NCBI RefSeq assembly: GCF_004010195.1
Contig: NC_057718.1
Span: 26,825,631-26,889,630 of the forward strand
Length of the DNA stretch: 64,000 nt
Source: Chiloscyllium plagiosum
Taxonomy: Eukaryota
Reading direction: 5' to 3'
The notes under the pieces were generated by a model. The model was given only the letters and a program-made list of their open reading frames with translations, was not told where the DNA came from and searched no databases. Shown here in pieces: positions 1 to 13,022 of the stretch. The stretch's first letter is position 1; each line of letters starts with the position of its first letter. The translations under genes and the position numbers were made by a program.

Positions 1-1022
1 CCCCAGCTGTAACTCTTGCCCAGTGGTATACATCTATCCCTTTCTATCACTAAAATAAACATAACAGAATTGTGATCGCTATCACCAAAGTGCTCACCTA
101 CTTCCAAGTCTAACACCTGGCCGGGCTCAGTACCCAGTACCAAATCTAATGTGGCTTCGCCCCTTGTTGGCCTGTCTACATACTGTGTCAGGAATCCCTC
201 CTGCACACACTGGACAAAATCTGACCCATCTATAGTACTCGTACTATAGTGTTCCCAGTCAATATTTGGAAAATTGAAGTCCCCCATGACAACTACCCTG
301 TCTCTCTCACTCCTATCGAGAATCATCTTTGCTATCCTATCCTCTACATCTCTGGAACTATTTGGAGACCTATAGAAAACTCCCAACAGGGTGACCTCTC
401 CTTCCCTGTTTCTAACCTCAGCCCATTCTACCTCAGTTGACGAGTCCCAAACATCCTTTCTGCCACTGTAATACTGTCCTTGACCAACAATGCCACACCT
501 CCCCCTCTTTTACCATCTTCTCTGTTCTTACTGAAACATCTAAATCCTGGAACCTGCAACAACCATTCCTGTCCCTGCTCTATCCATGTCTCCGAAATGG
601 CCACAACACCGAAGTCCCAGGTACCAAACCATGCTGCAGGTTCATCCACCATATTCTGGATTCTCCTGGCGTTGAAGTAGACACAGTTCAAACCAACTTC
701 TTGCTTGCCGGTGCCATCTTGCGTTCCTGAAATTTGATTTCGGATCTCCCTACTCTCAACCTTTTCTATACTCGAACTACAATTTTGGTTCCCATCCCCC
801 TGCTGGATTAGTTTAAACCCACCCCAATAGCCTATGCAAATTTCCCCCCCAGAATATTGGTACCCCTCTGGTTCAGATGAAGACCATCCTGCTTCTAGAG
901 GTCCCACCTACCCCAGAAAGAGCCCCAATTATCCAAGAATCCATAACCCTCCCTCCTGCACCATCCCTGTAGCCACGTGTTCAATTCCTCGCTCTCCCTA
1001 TTCCTTGCCTCACTAGCACGTG
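1..1022 (-). mobile_element. CR1 LINE fragment (ORF1 end and ORF2 AP-endonuclease start), runs off the window edge
   Basis: ORF 428-907 has the CR1 endonuclease motifs LNCVYFNAR, VVAISETW and RGGGVALLVKD; frameshifted. Confidence 0.9.
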
Positions 1023-1097
1023 GAGCAGTTGAGCAGGTAAAGCCACAATTCTACTGGGAAGATATGGCATGCAAGTGTTGTTGTTGGACATGGGCGA

Positions 1098-1190
1098 CCA
1101 AAGTCAGAAGTCACACAACACTAAGTTATAGACCAACAGGTATATTTGAAATCTCAAGCTTTCATAGCAATGCTCCGTTGTCAGGTGAAA
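1098..1190 (-). mobile_element. Degenerate Penelope-type terminal repeat (pLTR) with decayed hammerhead motif; inverted partial copy at 1661-1705
   Basis: Minus strand reads cacCTGACAAcggagcattgctatGAAAGCTT...aaatatacctgttggtctataac...gtgtga. 1661-1705 (+) has cacctgacaag...aaataaacctggtgtgatttttaact. Confidence 0.6.
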
Positions 1191-2088
1191 CACTTGCATG
1201 AATAAATGATGTTCAAACAACACACAAGAAGTTTGACATGATCAAGGACAAAGCATCCACTTAATTGGCGTCACATCTACAAACATTCACTCCCTACATC
1301 ATCAGTGCTCTGGCAGCTGTATGTAAAATCTGCACAATGTAGAACAGAAATTCACCAAGGCTCCTTAGACAGCATCTACCAAATATTCAACCCCTACTTT
1401 AGAAGGATTAGGGCAGCAGACGTACGTGAATTAATTTTAAAAAGCATACTGTAAATGTACAGGACATATGTCATGATTATGGGTGAGCTTAATATGAGTT
1501 GGATGCCAAGGCTCATGAATGGGACTGCTGCAGTTGCAGGACACTGAATGTGCCCTGTGATGTTGATCCTGGTGTCCAAGATAGAGGTCATGAGGAGTGA
1601 GCAGCAAGCTAGAATCACATCTTGTGTGTTGTTGGAACTGCACTTATTCATGCAAGTGGCTTCACCTGACAAGCCTTCAAATAAACCTGGTGTGATTTTT
1701 AACTGTATATAAATGGAGGTGAGATAATGTTTATGTAAGCAAATGGATTGTTTGTTCTCTACTAGCAAGAATCTCATCTTGCCACTTAATACTTGGTTGG
1801 AAAATGGAGCTTTTCATCTCACAGAATTTTAACAATTTCCTTTCTTTGATTAAATCTTTTGCAGTAAAGTATTTATTTAAAATGTTAAATCTTGTTGTAT
1901 ATCTTCTTTCAATTAATAACTGGGAGATTGAATTTCTTTTAAAAGCTTGTGGTTTCCCTCGAGATCACAACAATGCACTACATAAATGCATTAAGATATA
2001 ATTCACTATTGAAAAGATAATTCGTTAATGGAAGAGCAGAGATAAGGTGTCCAATCTTTTACAAAGTTAATGAAAAGAAATTGCTTAC

Positions 2089-2238
2089 CACAATCTGTAG
2101 GCATAGGTGCTGAAACAACTGGATGGACAACTGGCCTCTCAGAATCTGAGGATACAGTGCTGCAACTTCCACTCACAGAGTCCTCATCATTGGAGGGTTC
2201 TACAAAAGGGTCTTCTTTTGTCATTTCAATACTAGCCC
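2089..2238 (-). CDS. Coding exon of an unidentified host gene (150 bp, phase 1/1): xASIEMTKEDPFVEPSNDEDSVSGSCSTVSSDSERPVVHPVVSAPMPTDC
   Basis: Acceptor ccttctacag|G at 2238 and donor GTG|gtaagc at 2089. Length divisible by 3, open frame, non-repetitive, acidic Ser/Pro-rich peptide. No domain recognised. Confidence 0.75.
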
Positions 2239-2369
2239 CTGTAGAAGGTAATACAAGTTCATAATGGCAGTGATATTATAACCAATTCAATTAAAAAAGA
2301 TTCCATAACTTGCTTCTCTTGTTTTCAAAATATTGCATGTTTTTGATTTGCAAATTTCTCTCACATTAC

Positions 2370-3640
2370 TCTCGTAAAAGGTCAACAGTGGGAAAAATGC
2401 TTTAGTGATTATAAACGAAATGATAATAAAACATTTGGAAAGCATTAACAGGATTAGACAAAGCCAACGTAGATTTATGAAAGGCAAACCATGCTTAACA
2501 AATTTACTGGAGGTTTTTGAGGAAGTAACTAGTAGAATAAATAAGTGAGAAACAGTGAATGTAGCATAATTGGATTTTCAGAAAGCTTTAGATAAGGTCG
2601 ATCATAAGAGGTTAGTGGACAAAGTTAAAGTATATCAGATAAAGGATAATATATTAGCATGGTTCGAGAATTAGTTGACAAACAGGAAACAGAGTTGGGA
2701 GTAAATGGGTCTTTTTACCTCCAAAATAGCAAGACTAATGGGTACCACAAGGAACAGTGCTGGGCCACAACTATTCTAATGTATATAAATTACATGGATC
2801 AGGGAATATTTCCAGTTTACTAATGACACAAACTAGGCATGATTGTGAGTTTTGAGGAGGATGTAAGGAGGTTTTGAGGTTGTTTAGACACGTTCAGTAG
2901 AATATGCACGACAGATGCAGTACATGGCTAAACGTGAAGGTATAAACTTGGTGTGAAAAATAGAAAGGAAATGTATTAGTGAAATGGTGACAACTCAGCA
3001 AATATGAATTTACAAAGGAATCTGGGTATCTTTATATATCAAGCAGCTGCAGCAAGCAATTAGAAAGGTGACTGGTACATTGGTCTTCACTACAAGAGAA
3101 TACAAGTTCATAACTAGGGATATCTTAAAATATATAGGGCCGTGGTGAGACTACACCTGGAATACTACTTAAGAAAGGACAGGCTTATCATATAGGGAGT
3201 CCATTGGAGGTTCACTCTGCTAATACCAGGGAAGGTAGGATTGTCCTATGAGGAGAGATTGGTTTAACTGGGCCTGTCCTCAGTAGAGTTGAGAAAAATG
3301 AGTGGGGATCTGATTGAAACACATAAAATTCTAACAGGGCTGGACAGACTTAATGCAGAGAGGGTGTTTTCCCTGACTCAGGAGTCCAGAAACAGGAATA
3401 CAGTCTTAGGATATTGGGTAGACCATTTACGACTAAAATGAGGAAGCATTTCTTCACTGAAAGGACGATGAACCTGTGGAATTCTTTACCACAGAAGGCT
3501 GTGGAAGCCAAGTCACTGAATATATTCGAAGAAAATACTGGCAATTATTTAGACATTAAAGTCATCAAGAATATGGCATTGAGATTGAGGATCAACCATA
3601 ATCATATCGAAGGCAGAGCAGGCTCAAAGGGCAGCAGATA
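2370..3640 (+). mobile_element. Old CR1 LINE, RT to 3' UTR, degenerate
   Basis: Remnants of CLTNLLEVFEEV, LDFQKALDKV and RKHFFTERTMNLWNSLPQKAVEA. Confidence 0.85.
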
Positions 3641-3809
3641 CACCTGCAAATTCTCCTCTAAGTCACTCATTATCCTGGGGGAGTGCAGGTTTGATATTTG
3701 CACATTTGAAATGGAGGCTGAGACAGCAGTCCCCTACCACAGCCTTAAAAATATTCAAGGAGTCTGCTTCAAACACTTTTGAAGAAAAATTCCAAAAACT
3801 CATGACTGT

Positions 3810-4260
3810 CAGGAAAAGTTTCTTGTCTTTGCATTAAATTATTATTACTTTTAGACAGTGACTCTAAATTCCAAACCCTCCCTAAAGTGGGAGCATGTTT
3901 TCCACATCCATACTGTTAAGAACCCTCAGGACCTCTCATATGTTTCAATCAAGTCACCTTTCATTCTTCTAAAGTTCAGAGAAATCTAGACTGAGCAAGC
4001 TATCCTCATAAGACAACCTGCCCATCCCAGGTACTAGCCTAATAAACCTTCTCTGACCTGTTTCCAATACATTCACATCCTTCCATAAATAAGGAGACCA
4101 GTACTGATTGTACTCTAGAGTTGATCTCACTAACGACCTGTGGAACTGAAGTGTAACCTCCCTATTTTTGTGTTCAATTCTGCTCACAATAAACTATATT
4201 ATCAGCTTTTCTAATTATTTGCTGTGTCTGCATGCTAGCCTTTTGCAATTCATTAAAAGA
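3810..4260 (-). mobile_element. Old CR1 3' fragment
   Basis: ORF 3969-4187 (RSLVRSTLEY...WSPYLWKDVNVLETGQRRFIRL). Confidence 0.8.
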
Positions 4261-4271
4261 ATTCGGCATAT

Positions 4272-7200
4272 ATAGAGTCATAGAGATGTACAGCATGCAA
4301 ACAGACCTTTCGGTCCAACTTGCCCACGCTGACCAGATATCCCAACCCGACCTAGTCCCACCTGGCCCATATCCCTCCAAACCCTTCCTATTCATATACC
4401 CATCCAGATGCCTTTTAAATGTTACAATTGTACTAGCCTCACCACTTCCTCTGGCAACTCATTCCATACACGTACCACCCTCTGCATGAAAATGTTGCCC
4501 CTTAGGTCTCTTTCATATATTTCCCCTCTTGTCCTACACCTATGCCCTCTAGTTCTGAACTCCCCCACCCCAGGGAAAAGACTTTGTCCATTTATCCTAT
4601 CCATGCACCTCATAATTTTGTAAACCTCTATAAGGTCACCCCTCAGCCTCCGACACTCGGGAAAACAGCCCCAGCCTGTCAGCCTCTCCCTGTAGCTCAA
4701 ATCCTCCAACCTTGGCAACATCCTTGTAAGTCTTTTCTGAACCCTTTCAAGTTTCACAACATATTTCCGATAGGAAGACCAGAACTGAACGCAATATTCC
4801 AACAGTGGCTTAACCAACGTCCTGTACAGCCACAACATGACCTCCCAACTTCTGTACTCAATACTCTGACCAATAAAGGAAAGCATACCCAATGCCTTCT
4901 TCACTGTCCTATCTACCTGCGACTCCAATACCAGGGAGCTATGAACCTGCACTCCAAGGTCTCTTTGTTCAGCAACACTCCCTAGGACCTTACCATTAAG
5001 TTTATAAGTCCTGCTAAGATTTGCTTTCCCAAAATGCAGCATGTCACTTTTATCTAAATTAAACTCCATCTGCCACTTCTCAGCCCATTGGACTCATCTG
5101 ATCAAGATCCCGTTGTAATCTGAGGTAACCTTCTTCACTGTCCACTGCACCTCCAATTTTGGTGTCATCTGCAAACTTACTAACTAATCTCTTATGCTCA
5201 CATCCAAATCATTTATATAAATGATGAAACTAGTGGACCAAGCACCGATCTTTGTGCCACTCCACTAGTCACAGGCCCCTAGTCTGAAACACAACCACCC
5301 TGTCTTCTGCCTTTGAGTCAGCTCTGTATCTAAATGGCTAGTTGTCCCTGTATTCCATGAGATGTAATCTTGCTCACCAGTCTCCCATGGGAGACCTTGT
5401 CGAATGCCTTACTGAAGCCCATATAGCTCACATCTACTGCTCTGCCCTCATCAATCCTCTTTGTTACTTCTTCAAATATGTGAGACATTATTTCCCACGC
5501 GCAAAGCCATGTTGACTAAACCTAATCAGTCCTCGCCTCTCCAAATACATGCACATCCTGTCCCTCAGGATTCCCTCCAACAACTTGCCCACCACCGTCA
5601 GGCTCACCGGTCCATAGTTCCCTGGTTTGTCCTTACCACCTTTCTTAAATAGTGGCACCACATTAGCCAACCTCCAGTCTTCCGGCACCTCACCTGTGAC
5701 TATCGATGATACAAATATCTCAGTAAGAGGCCCAGCAATCACTTCCCTCGCATCCCACAGAGTTCTAGGGAACACTTGATCAGGTCCTGGGGATTTATCC
5801 ACTTTTATGCGTTTCAAGACATCCAACACTTCCTCCTCTGTAATATGGACATTTTTCAACATGTCACCATCTATTTCCCTACAGTCTATATCTTCCATAT
5901 CCTTTTCCACAGTAAATACTGATGCAAAATACTCATTTAGTATCTCCCCCATCTACTGCGGCTCCACACAGTCCGTCTTGCTGATCTTTGAGGGGTCCTA
6001 TTCTCTCTAGTTACCCTTTTGTCCTGAATGTATTTGTAAAAATCCTTTGGATTCTCCTTAACTCTATTTGCCAAAGCTATCTCATGTCCCCTTTTGGCCC
6101 TCCAGATTTCCCTCATAAGTGTACTCCTACTGCCTTTATACTCTTCTAAGGATTCACTCGATCTATCCTGTCTACATCTAACATATGCTTCCTTCTTTTT
6201 TTTAATCAAAACCTCAATTTCTTTAGTCATCCAGCATTCCCTATACCTACCAGCCTTAACTTTCATCCTAATAGGAGTACACTTTCTCTGGACTCTCATT
6301 ATCGCATTTCCTATTTTCCAGCTGTCCCTTTACCTGTGAACATCTGCCCCCCAATCAGCTTTCGAAAGTTCTTTCCTAATACCGTCAAAATTGGCCTTTC
6401 TTCAATTTAGAACTTCAACTTTTAGATCTGGTCTATCCTTTTCCATCACTATTTTAAATCTAATGGAATCATGGTCGCTGGCCCCAAAGTGCTCCCCCAC
6501 TGACGCCTCAGTCACCTGCCTTGCCTTATTTCCCAAGAGTAGGTCAAGTTTTACACTTTCTCTAGTAGGTACATACTGAATCAAAAAAATTTCTTGTACA
6601 TACTTAACAAATCCCTCTCCATCTAAACCCTTAACACTATGGCGGTTTGGAAAGTTAAAATCCCCTACCATAACCACCCTATTATTCTTACAGATAACTG
6701 AGATCTCCTTACAAATTTGCTTCTCAATTTCCCTCTGACTACTAGGGAGTCTATAATACAATCCCAATGAGGTGATCATCCCATTCTTATTTCTCAGTTC
6801 CATCCAAATAACGTCCCTGGATATATTTCCAGGAATATCTTCTCTCAGTACAGCTGTAACTCTATCCCTTGTCAAAATGCTACTCCCCCCTCCCTTTCTA
6901 TCCTTCCTGTAGCATTTGTTTCCTGGAACATTAAGCTGCCAGTCCTGTCCATCCCTGAGTCATGTTTCTGTAATTGCAATGATATCCCAGTCCCATGCTC
7001 CTAACCATGCCCTGAGTTCATTGAAATAAATGCAGTTTAATTTATCAGTTCTACCTTGTTCTCTGCTTTGTCCCTGCCTGTCCTGACTGTTTGACTCACT
7101 TCTGTTCTCAACTGTATCAGTCTCAGATTGACCTCTTTCCTCACTATCTCCCTGGGTCCCAACATTCCCACCCCCACCACTCCATCGCACCCTCACCCCA

Positions 7201-7445
7201 CCTTGCTAGTTTAAATCCTCCCAAGCAGCTCTAGCAAATCTCTAGCAAATCAAGTAATTAGTCCCCTTCCAATTTAGGTGCAATCCATCCTTATTGTACA
7301 TGTCACTTCTACCCCAAAAGAGCTTTCAATGATCCAAAAATGTGAATCCTTCTCCCATACACCAGCTCCTCAGCCATGTATTCATCTGCTCTATCCTCCT
7401 ATTCCTACCCTCACTAGCTCACAGCACCAGGAGTAATCTAAATAT
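4272..7445 (-). mobile_element. CR1 (HER1-like) LINE, about 3.2 kb, endonuclease + RT + 3' tail, frameshifted
   Basis: ORFs 4422-5069, 5488-5952, 5937-6299 and 6402-6875 are successive ORF2 pieces (GDFNFP, KSPGPD, WRLANVVPLFKKG); (CTATGACT)n-type tail at 4272. Confidence 0.95.
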
Positions 7446-8104
7446 TTGAAAGTAATTAATTTAGAGGGCTACAAAAATTGGGTTGAAGAAAAGGACTGGC
7501 TGGAATTCTTTCAGGAGCCAGTACAGACACAATGAACCAAATAGCCTCCTGTACTGGAAAAGTTCTATGATTCTACACACCAGGTCATCTAGATCCTTTT
7601 ACAACTCTTGTGTTCTGCAAACTCTCACCATTTAGGTAGTACACCTTTTAGTCTTCATGAATAAATCTAAATCTTCTATAAACACACGCAATGGATACTA
7701 GAAACATGGGACAGAATTTATTGTAACTGACTCAGGTCCAACCCACCATCTAGAGAACGAGTGGAAACTTGCATTATTTATAAGGGTCCTCAATAACCAA
7801 ATAAGTGCCCATCCGGCACTCCACTAGCCAAAATCAGCTTTCCCTGGGAATTTATATCCCAGGGTGGAAATCTCACTTACTGAGAGACATTGCAGCTCTC
7901 TCTTGCCAGTATTGCCACTGCGATTGTTAGACTCCTAGACTCAGGTAAATAAGGGTGGGCAAAGGGTCAGGGAGAACCGTCGTGCAAAGAGATAGGAAAC
8001 AGTGGTAACTATAAGCTTCTCAAACCCTTTCCCAAAACAGCTTCCCTCAATCAGGCACTAATTGAAAGAGGCAGCCACACAGGCAAACACAGCTTTTGGA
8101 AGTC

Positions 8105-9467
8105 AAGTGTATCTTGTCAGTCGTAGGGAAACTATTGGAGAATATTCTGAAGGAGAGAATTAATATTTACTTGAGTAAGTACGGGTTAAGTAGGGACAGG
8201 CAGCATGGCTTTGTCCGACGATGGTCACGCCTAACGAATTTGTTAGAATTTTTCAAAATGTGATCAAGTCTGTGGATCAGGGAAATTTAGTTGATGTAGT
8301 TTATATGGATTTTAGCAAAGCTTTTGACAAGGTACCACATGAGACATTGATTAAGGGTTAAAGCACATGGAATTCAGGGAAACATGGTAAGATGGATCAG
8401 AAATTGGCTTAGTAATAGGACTCAAAGGATAGTGGTAGAAGACTATTCGAGTGACTGGAGGCCAGTGTTCAGCAGTGTACCACAGGGATCAGTACTGGAT
8501 CCCTTATTATGCGATATATACATAAACAATGTGGATGAAAATTTGGGGGGGATGTTAAGCAAGTCTGCAGACGACACCAAAATTGGTACAGTGGTTAACA
8601 GTGAAGAGAACGACTGTAAGTTGCAGGAAGATGTGGATGAGTTGGTCAGATGGACAGAGCAGTGGCTGATGGTATTTAACCCTGTTAAGTGCAAGTTGAT
8701 CACTTTGGAAGAATATACAAGATGAGGGAGTGTTTAATGAATGGTAGGGCACTGCATAGCTCAGAGGAACAGAAGAATCTTGGGGTAATTATTCACAGAA
8801 CCGTGAAGTTAGCAGAATACATGAATAGGATAGTTAAGAAGTCATTGGGGCATTTGCTTTTCTTAGTTGTCACATAGAGCACAAGAGCAAGGAGATAATG
8901 TTGGAGCTGTACAGAACATAGTTTTCCAGCTGTGGCTGAGCTAATGTGCAGTTCTGGTCATCTCACTACAGGAAGGATGTGATAGCACTACAGGCAGTAC
9001 AGAAAAGGTTCAGTAGGATGTTTCCTGGGATGGAGCAATTGAGCTATAAGAAGAGACTAGATAGGCTCAGATTTCTTTTCTTTATCGCAGTGAAGGCTGA
9101 GGGAGGACATGATTGGGTGTGTAAGACTATGACAGGTTTGGACAGGGTAAGTAGAGAGCATCTATTCCGTTTGGTCAAGGGTCAATCACAAGGGGGCATA
9201 GTTTTAGGGTAAGGGCAGGAGATTCAGAGGGGATTTGAGAAAAACCTTTCTTCACTCAGCGGGTGGTGGAAATCTGGAAGGTAGTCGAGGCTGGAAATCT
9301 TACAACCTTTAATAAGTATTTGGAGAACCACTTAAATATCATAATATTCCCAGATATAGGACAAGTACAGGGAATTGGGATGAGTGTGCCTTTAGTGGTA
9401 GTTATTATGAGTGCAGACTCATGGGGCTAAAGAGCCTTTTCTGCATTGTATGACTCGATGACTCTAT
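8105..9467 (+). mobile_element. CR1 LINE, RT to 3' end
   Basis: SSVPQGSVLDP, SKSADDTKIG and QFWSSHYRKD motifs; tail gatgactctat. Confidence 0.9.
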
Positions 9468-9907
9468 AAATGAGCAATTTCATACTTTCCCACATTATAT
9501 TCCATTTGCCAGATCTTTGCTCATTCATTTGACCTATCTGTGCCCTCTGTAGTCTTCTTACATCCTCTTCAAAATTTACACGCCTACCCGTCTCTATTCA
9601 TCAACACATTTGGCAACCATACTGTTGGTCCCTTCAAAAGTAATTTATACAAATTGTAAAATGCACTAATTTCAATAGCATACCACATGTTACTTTTTGC
9701 CACCAGTACAGCTTTCAGTAAAATACTGTACTATTAGCTCTATTAGTTTGCTGATGGAGTTCTCCACTTCTTCCATGCTGGAAAGGATGAACTCCAGGAA
9801 TGAGAATTTTGTTTTGTATTTGAAATTTTTAAATAGTCAAGCAGCCCTTTGGGATCCTATCCAGCTGTTCATATGTACTTCTATGCCAGATGGGCAGTAC
9901 TTTTGCT

Positions 9908-10240
9908 CAATGATTAGCACTGATGCCTCATAGCGCCAGGACCCAGGTTCAATTCCAAACAGGGGCAACTGTCTGTGTGGAGTTTGCACATTCTCCCCGT
10001 GTCTGTGTGGGTTTCCTCTAGGTACTCTGGCTTCCTCCCATAGTCCAAAGATGTGCAGGTTAGGTGGATTGGTAATGCTAAGTTGTCCATAGTATCCAAA
10101 GATGTGCAGGCCGGGTGGATTAGCCATGTGAAATGCAGGGTTATAAGAATTGGTGAGGTGGGGTTGGGTCTGGTTGGGATGCTCTTCAGAGGGCAGATTT
10201 GGGTCAAATGGCTCGCTTCCACACTTGTAGGGATTCTATG
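9908..10240 (+). mobile_element. HE1/V-SINE-type tRNA-derived SINE with a short internal duplication
   Basis: Pol III B box ggttcaattcc, core gtggagtttgcacattctccccgtg, and tccaaagatgtgcagg present twice. Confidence 0.9.
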
Positions 10241-10429
10241 ACCAACTTAACTGTATGAACATTGCTAACATTTCAAAGGTGTGAAAAGGGTGAAATGCCC
10301 AACTGTGTCAGAACCAGAGAAATGAGACTTAAGAGGCTGCAGCTACAGATGAACAAGCAATGTCTGATGTGAGAAACCGAGATCAATGCTGAGAAAGGAT
10401 CTACTCAAGACATTGCAGCTACCTGCAGA

Positions 10430-11110
10430 TGAGTGAAAGCTGTGTTGGAGACAATGCTAGTGACTAAGGATACCAAATCCATCATCTCCTGAAGGCAAAT
10501 CTGCAGCCATGTGGGTTGGGAGGCAGCGCTACGCCTGTGATACTGAAGTTCACAACAGCATTGAACTTCTTAACCACAGGCTCCACTCAAAACTTCAAAT
10601 GGGAACAAGCAAAACATTCTTTGATCAGCAGCCAGCGAATGCTCTAGTGATTTCACCAATGCCCTTCACAAGAAAGCAGTCCAGTTCACCGTAGACCGAG
10701 ACAGTCAAGGTACCTGAACTGTCAGAAATGCAGGCATCACTGGGATCCCTCAGATACAAGGGGCCATCAACTGCATGCATGTGTGGTGCTCAGAGTTTCA
10801 TGGCTTCATCCAACCAAACAGAGCAAGGAATTTCGTTCTTTCAATTACCTACTCATTTGCAAACACAAACAAAAGCTCCTGAAGGTATGGTCCTACACAA
10901 GGAGCTGTCACGATGCTTACATCTGCACAACTCACAGGTCACAAGCATTCATTTCCAGAGTTGGCCCATGGGTGACAAGAGGTAGCGCTAAAAGGCATGG
11001 ATAATGACCCCGTATGCTCCCCTCAGACTGTTACTGAACAGCACTACAATGAACAGAGAATCAGTCTTCCGAAGATGCACTTCCATTGCCTGGACCACTC
11101 AAAGAGGGCA
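10430..11110 (+). mobile_element. PIF/Harbinger (HARBI1-like) DDE transposase fossil
   Basis: Frame-hopping translation gives PVILKFTTALNFLTTGS, GIPQIQGAINCMHV, KEFRSFNYLLIC, TRSCHDAYI and GDKR*..AWIMTP, matching HARBI1-family motifs (GAIDCTHV, PGSxHDxxI, GDxGYPLxxWLMTP). Confidence 0.8.
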
Positions 11111-11639
11111 CTCCAGTTCTTGTTTGGCTGGATTTCCAGACTATACTAGCTCTAAGTTAGGATGCAACTGGGGAGCAAAGCAGGTCTATGTTTGCCTGAG
11201 AATTTAGAAGGAGACAGCTCAATAACCTTTCTCCTTAGATTAAAGCCTGATTGAGGTGCTGACATAGCTAATGCCCGAGCAATACCAGAATAATGCAGAA
11301 AAAGCTGAGAGTACCTGATAGTGGTTAGATGTGAGGGCAAATGTTGCAAAGTATCAAATGTTTGATACTTTGTAGGATACTTTGACATTAATTTTAAGTT
11401 AATTTACTCTCTTATCACCAATAACGTGCTGACCAGTCACCTGACCAGAGCATCAGCATGGAGTTATGCAGGATTACATAGGACCGTGCTTACATGATTG
11501 AAACTCAGATGCAAGCAGTATTCATCTACTACAGAGAAGTAGAGGAGTGAAGTTATGCTGATTGACTTCTGAACCTAAACAACCAGCTTATGTTATTGCT
11601 TTCTTGAAGCTACGTTCCTTCCAGAGGACAGGAGAGAAT

Positions 11640-11810
11640 GACAGCCTCAGCACTTTTTGCACTGCTCCATATGTTGCGCATGTGAGCACATACAGTGGTC
11701 AGTGAGCCTCAAGAGATAGTCTGCAAGGAAACTATTACTGCTGAGAATTCTTAATAGATGGAAAGACACTACAGGACTGTGTTTAACGTGCTACATTTGT
11801 TTGAGAGGCA
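11640..11810 (-). mobile_element. Possible remnant of the Harbinger Myb/SANT accessory gene
   Basis: Minus strand cgcaacatatggagcagtgcaaaaagtgc resembles RxxEQCKK of MSANT domains; adjacent to the transposase fossil. Confidence 0.35.
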
Positions 11811-12482
11811 GGTTATGCAGAAGGTGGATACCCATGTCCCCAAAGTGACTACAATTATTATTAATCGTTCCTTTCCCAGAACAAAGTCTTGGAGCCACTT
11901 CAGCAGGTGAAGCTGAGTTTGAGGAAGCTTGCTCAAAGTTTTGTCAGCCTGCCTCAGACAACTTTACCAGTTGCCCTCTTGCTATTTTGCCTGGGGTTGC
12001 TGACATCTCCTGGGTGGTTGGGTTAATGAATAATTTTTGAGTGATGTTCCTGGGTTGCAGAAAGTAATGTGCTGGCCAGGTACTTTTTAAATATGACACT
12101 TAGAGCCCTGAAAATCTTGACCAGAGGGCAGTGATAGGGAAGAACGTCTTCCCTGTCCACACATAAAATGTGGTGTTTTCTTCACGCTTGAATGTGCAAT
12201 GAGTTGAGAAGAACGACAGTGCAAGAAAGCCCGAACCGCCAGAACATTTATTTCAAGGAGAAATTGGATACAGCACTTGGGGTTGAAGGGACCAAAGCAT
12301 ATAGGGAGAAGCAGGAACAGGTTATCAAATTCGATGGCAGCCTCAATGATAATGAATGGTGGTACAAGCTGGAATATCCAAAAGACCTACTCCTGTTCCT
12401 ATTTTCTACGTTTTTATGAACAGAAATATCTCATACTTTACAACTACCTCCACACTTACATTTTTCTAGTGAAGAAATATAC

Positions 12483-13022
12483 CAGGGAATATAAATAAGA
12501 AAAAAAAGGCAAATGGAGTATAATACAGGAAAATATATATTTGTCCACTGTGGAGGAAGAATAGAAAATCAGCCTACTATTTAAACGAAAAAGAGAATGC
12601 AAAATTCTGAGATAGAAAAAAATCATGATGCCCTGATAAATGAATCACAATGTATGTATGCAGGTACAAGTAGGAGAAAGTGAGGTCTGCAGATGCTGGA
12701 GATCAGAGATGGAAATGTGTTGCTGGAAAAGCACAGCAGGTCAGGCAGCATCTAGGGAACAGGAGAATCGACGTTTCGGGCATTAGCCCTTCTGCAGGTA
12801 CAAGTAGACAGGCAAATTACAGGGAATATAAATAAGAAAAAAAAGGCAAATGGAGTATAATACAGGAAAATATATATTTGTCCACTGTGGAGGAAGAATA
12901 GAAAATCAGCCTACTATTTAAATGAAAAAGAGAATGCAAAATTCTGAGATAGAAAAAAATCATGATGCCCTGGTAAATGAATCACAATGTATGTATGCAG
13001 GTACAAGTAGACAGGCAAATTA
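12483..13022. repeat. Tandem duplication of about 200 bp (12483-12819 including an insertion; 12820-13022)
   Basis: cagggaatataaataag...caagtagacaggcaaatta occurs twice with about 2 substitutions; only copy 1 carries the 119-bp insert. Confidence 0.95.
12674..12792 (-). mobile_element. Short PLE-derived element, 5'-truncated inside the hammerhead core; 15-bp TSD
   Basis: TSD tgcaggtacaagtag at 12659-12673 and 12793-12807. Minus strand begins GAAGGGCTAATGCCCGAAACGTCGATTCTCC and ends gacctcactttctc. Confidence 0.9.

Noticed and set aside
2006..2224. 72-aa ORF as a single-exon gene
   Set aside because: Reads through a consensus donor at 2089; only 2089-2238 looks exonic.
4232..6579. Numerous plus-strand ORFs opposite CR1 elements, here and elsewhere
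   Set aside because: Antisense shadows of CR1 ORF2 that recur in every copy.
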